Shown in pieces: positions 60,219 through 64,000 of a stretch of 64,000 bases of DNA. Source of the stretch: Octopus vulgaris (Eukaryota); NCBI GenBank assembly GCA_951406725.2, contig OX597837.1:25916001-25980000 (forward strand). Direction: 5' to 3'. The position numbers and the translations under genes were made by a program. How positions within the stretch are numbered: position 1 is the stretch's first letter; the number at the start of each line of letters is the position of its first letter. Below the pieces are notes generated by a model that saw only the letters and a list, made by a program, of their open reading frames with translations, did no database searches and was not told the DNA's origin.

Positions 60219-60840
60219 GTTGAGGGAACCTGTGGAAGAGGTAGACCCAGGAAAACCTGGGATGAGGTGGTGAAGCACGACCTTCGCTCTTTAGGTCCAG
60301 AGACCGAGACCATTGGAAGTATGCTGTGTGTGAGAAGACCCGGCAGGACAAGTGAGGCCATAACCCGTGGCCTCTACCTGGGATGTAGTCAGTCCACCTG
60401 TGCATACCTTCCTTCTTGGGACACAAAACTCTACTTGTGAAGACCTGTTGAGGCAAGTGAAAATCAAAAATCTAATTCAAAATTGATCAACATCAATGGA
60501 ATTTGTAGTTGTGATACCAGTGTCAGTGGCACGTAAGAGAGCCATCCGAACGTGGCCGTAGCCAGCACCGCATCGACTGGCCTCCGTGCCAGTGACACAT
60601 AACAAACACCATCCAATCGTGGCCGTTTGCCAGCCTCGTCTGGCACCGGTGTCGGAGGCACGTAAAAAGCACCCACTACACTCACAGAGTGGTTGGCGTT
60701 AGGAAGGGCATCCAGCTGTAGAAACATTGCCAGATCAGACTGGAGCCTGGTGCAGCCTCCTGGCTTCCCAGACCCCGGTCGAACCGTCCAACCTGTGCTA
60801 GCATGGAAAGCGGACGTTAAACGATGATGATGATGATGAT
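60219..60840 (+). mobile_element. RTE LINE C-terminus plus 3' UTR (parent of family C)
   Basis: VEGTCGRGRPRKTWDEVVKHDL followed contiguously by the family C sequence and (TGA)n tail. Confidence 0.85.
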
Positions 60841-60850
60841 TATTATTATT

Positions 60851-61070
60851 AAGGCAGGAAGCTGACAGAATCGTTAGCATGCTGGGAAATATGCTTAGAG
60901 GCATTTCGTCTGTCATTATGTTCTGTGTTCAAATTCTGTTGAGGTTGACTTTGCCTTTCAGCCTTTCGGGGTCGATAACTCAAGTACCAGTAAAACACTG
61001 GGGTTGATGTAATCAACTGTCCCCCTCCCCCAAATTTCAGGGCTTATGCCTATAATAGAAAGGATTATTA
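60851..61070 (+). mobile_element. SINE family B, alternative-tail subtype ending (ATT)n
   Basis: Core gcctttcagcctttcggggtcgataa, tail cccctcccccaaatttcagggcttatgcctataatagaaaggattattatt. Confidence 0.8.
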
Positions 61071-61071
61071 T

Positions 61072-61365
61072 TATTACCTTTGCCTTAGCGAAGATGGAGG
61101 TATTGTTTTCAGTCATGTTTGTTTGTTGGTTTGTTTGTCCCTGGACAACATACCTCAAGAATGCTGGATGGATTCAGATGAAACCTTCAGGGATGTTTGG
61201 CCTCATGACTGGCACGGACTGATTAGATTTTGGAATTGATCCGGTACCAGACAAAGGATTCTGGATTATTTTTCCCACTAATTTACTTAATTTCTGTGAG
61301 CAGTCAGGTTCATTTTTAGTATTCTCGTTTGTGAGAGCAGTCGAGTGAATTTTAGATATTTTAGA
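61072..61365 (+). mobile_element. Helentron-associated (HINE/DINE-like) element fragment
   Basis: ttattacct...ggaggtattgttttcag short IR followed by (TTTG)n and ggatggatt..gatgaaac..tcaggg, the typical HINE 5' layout. Confidence 0.55.
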
Positions 61366-61509
61366 ATTTTAGACTGGGTCTGGTGCAGCCTTCTGGCTTC
61401 CCAGACCCCAGTTGCACCGTCCAACCCATGCTAGCATGGAAAGCGGACGCTAAATGATGATGATGATGATGATGTAAATACAAGTCTGCATGTGTGTATG
61501 TATGTGCAT

Positions 61510-61550
<41 letters not shown>

Positions 61551-61699
61551 CAGAGAGAGAGGGAGGGAGGGGGAAAGAGTGAGACGGGGGAGAGAGAGAG
61601 AGAGGGGGAGGAAAGAGAGACATGTATAAACATCGCACAGTATAAAGAGGGGAAATAGAAATCCTATAGGATTATTTTCCTTTCTATTATCGTTGCATT

Positions 61700-61754
<55 letters not shown>

Positions 61755-62039
61755 TGATGATCAGAATAATAGTAATGGCAATAACAGGTCAGGCAGTCTG
61801 GTGTTTGATTTAAAAGTTTAAAAAAAAACAAACTTCATTGCATTGAGTTGTTGAGTGGAAATGTGTGATTGGTATGGCCAAGTTGGCTGGTTGGTCGGCT
61901 GGCTGGCTTTTGATGCACTTTGATAGGCCTTCACCCTCACCCTAACCTTCTGTTCTGATAATAGGCCATAATTAAGGTGAATATAGTGTCACTGAGGTGA
62001 AATGGGATACATATGCACACATGAACACATATTAACACG

Positions 62040-62092
62040 AACACACACATATATATATACATGCACATGCACACAAATGTATAAGTACATGC

Positions 62093-62131
<39 letters not shown>

Positions 62132-62470
62132 TATATATATATACATTTACATATATACACATATACATACGTATATACATATACATATATACACGCACAC
62201 ACATATATATATACACACATGCACATGCACACAAATGTATAAGTACATGCATATATATATATATACACACATATATATATATATACATTTACATATATAC
62301 ACATATACATACATATATACACACACACACATATATATATACACACGCACACACACACACATATATATATGCATACATATGCACAATATATATATATACA
62401 TACATACACACAAATGCATAATTACATGTAAGTGCATACATGTACATATAAGCACACACACACACACAAA
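62040..62470. repeat. compound (TA)n/(CA)n microsatellite with internal duplication
   Basis: Directly visible. Confidence 0.9.
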
Positions 62471-62984
62471 CATGTAATAGGCAGTCTGACAGTGGCTTAA
62501 CTGGCCAAAACTTCGAAGTCACTAACAACAACAGTCTTGTTTAAGAATTATAAATTTGTACTCTACAAAAGTACAAAGTAACCCATCAGATTAATGTGAA
62601 ATTGTTTTTATCGTAACCGAACTTAAAAACAAAATTAATACATGCACACGCACATATACAAACACACATGCACATATACAAAACTTAAACGCCACACTCA
62701 TATCTTCTTTTCACCCTCAGTAATAGGGGACCATTCTAAGCCCTTTGCATTGCTAGTCATGAGGTGATCATCATTCCTGCTGATGTGATGAAAACAGCCC
62801 CCAGTCCCACCATAATGTGGTTGGCATAAGGAAGGACATCCAGTCATAGGGACTAAGCTAAAATAAAAATCTGTACAGGATGCAGTCCCACAACACATCA
62901 GATCCAACCCATATCGCTATGGAATGCTTATGTTAAATGATGAATATGAAGGCACACACACACTGGTTTGTTATAGTTTCAGGA

Positions 62985-63364
62985 GAGGCGCAATGGCCCA
63001 GTGGTTAGGGCAGCGGACTCGCAGTCATAGGATCGCGGTTTCGATTCCCAGACCGGGCGTTGTGAGTGTTTATTGAGCGAAAACACCTAAAGTTCCACGA
63101 GGCTCCGGCAGGGGATGGTGGTGATCCCTGCTGTACTCTTTCACCACAACTTTCTCTCACTCTTACTTCCTGTTTCTGTTGTACCTGTATTTCAAAGGGC
63201 CGGCCTTGTCACTCTCTGTGTCACGCTGAATATCCCCGAGAACTACGTTAAGGGTACACGTGTCTGTGGAGTGCTCAGCCACTTACACGTTAATTTCACG
63301 AGCAGGCTGTTCCGTTGATTCAGATCAACCGGAACCCTCATCGTCGTAACCGACAGAGTGCTTC
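62985..63364 (+). mobile_element. SINE family D, full length
   Basis: Near-identical to 32174-32553. Confidence 0.9.
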
Positions 63365-63554
63365 CGAAGAATAGTTTCAGGGTTCCACATTTTACGGTTA
63401 GAGCTTTGGATCACCCAAAAGCCCTAGCTTGATGGTAGAAGTGAATGGAATTGAGGACAAACATCATCTAAACGCAAAGCAAACTTGTTGGCCACACAAC
63501 CATTCCTGCAATGCCTGCACCATGTGTAGCTTGCTCGCTGGACAGATAGACAGA

Positions 63555-63941
63555 CTTCTTTTTACTCTTTTACTCGTTTCAGTCATTTGACTGTGGCCAT
63601 GCTGGAGCACTGCCTTTAATCGAGCAAATCGACCCAGGAACTTATTCTTTGTAAGCCCAGTACTTATTCTATCGGTCTCTTTTTGCCGAACCGCTAAGTG
63701 ACGGGGACATAAACACACCAGCATCGATTGTCAAGCAATGCTAGGGGGACAAACACAGACACACATATATATATACATATATACGACAGGCTTCTTTCAG
63801 TTTCTGTTTACCAAATCCACTCACAAGGCTTTGGTCGGCCCGAGGCTATAGTAGAAGACACTTGCCCAAGGTGCCACACAGTGGGACTGAACCCGGAACC
63901 ATGTGATTGGTAAACAAGCTACTTACCACACAGCCACTCCT
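63555..63941 (-). mobile_element. SINE family A
   Basis: Full-length copy. Confidence 0.9.
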
Positions 63942-64000
63942 GATAGACAGATAAATAAATAGATAGATAGACAGGCAGAGATTTCAGAATATTTTATAAT

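Overview
AT-rich, repeat-saturated animal genomic DNA. The SINE, LINE and microsatellite repertoire looks like an octopus or other coleoid cephalopod; this is inferred from repeat motifs, not verified by a search. The only host coding sequence I can support is one 165-bp minus-strand exon (26555-26719) matching exon 2 of GOPC/PIST, so most of the window is probably intronic. The rest is over 40 tRNA-derived SINE copies (at least 4 families), 3' fragments of RTE-type LINEs, Penelope-like element (PLE) fragments, Tc1/mariner, piggyBac-type, hAT-type and Helitron non-autonomous elements, tandem repeats and long microsatellites. Almost all ORFs in the supplied track are microsatellite or SINE artefacts. 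The most striking signal is a set of fold-back (palindromic) elements sitting in (TA)n tracts. Several carry complete minimal type-I hammerhead ribozyme motifs (14118-14199, 41734-41776/41821-41863, 47962-48015/48075-48126), arranged so the antisense copy is transcribed before the ribozyme. A further solo motif lies at 57748-57839.
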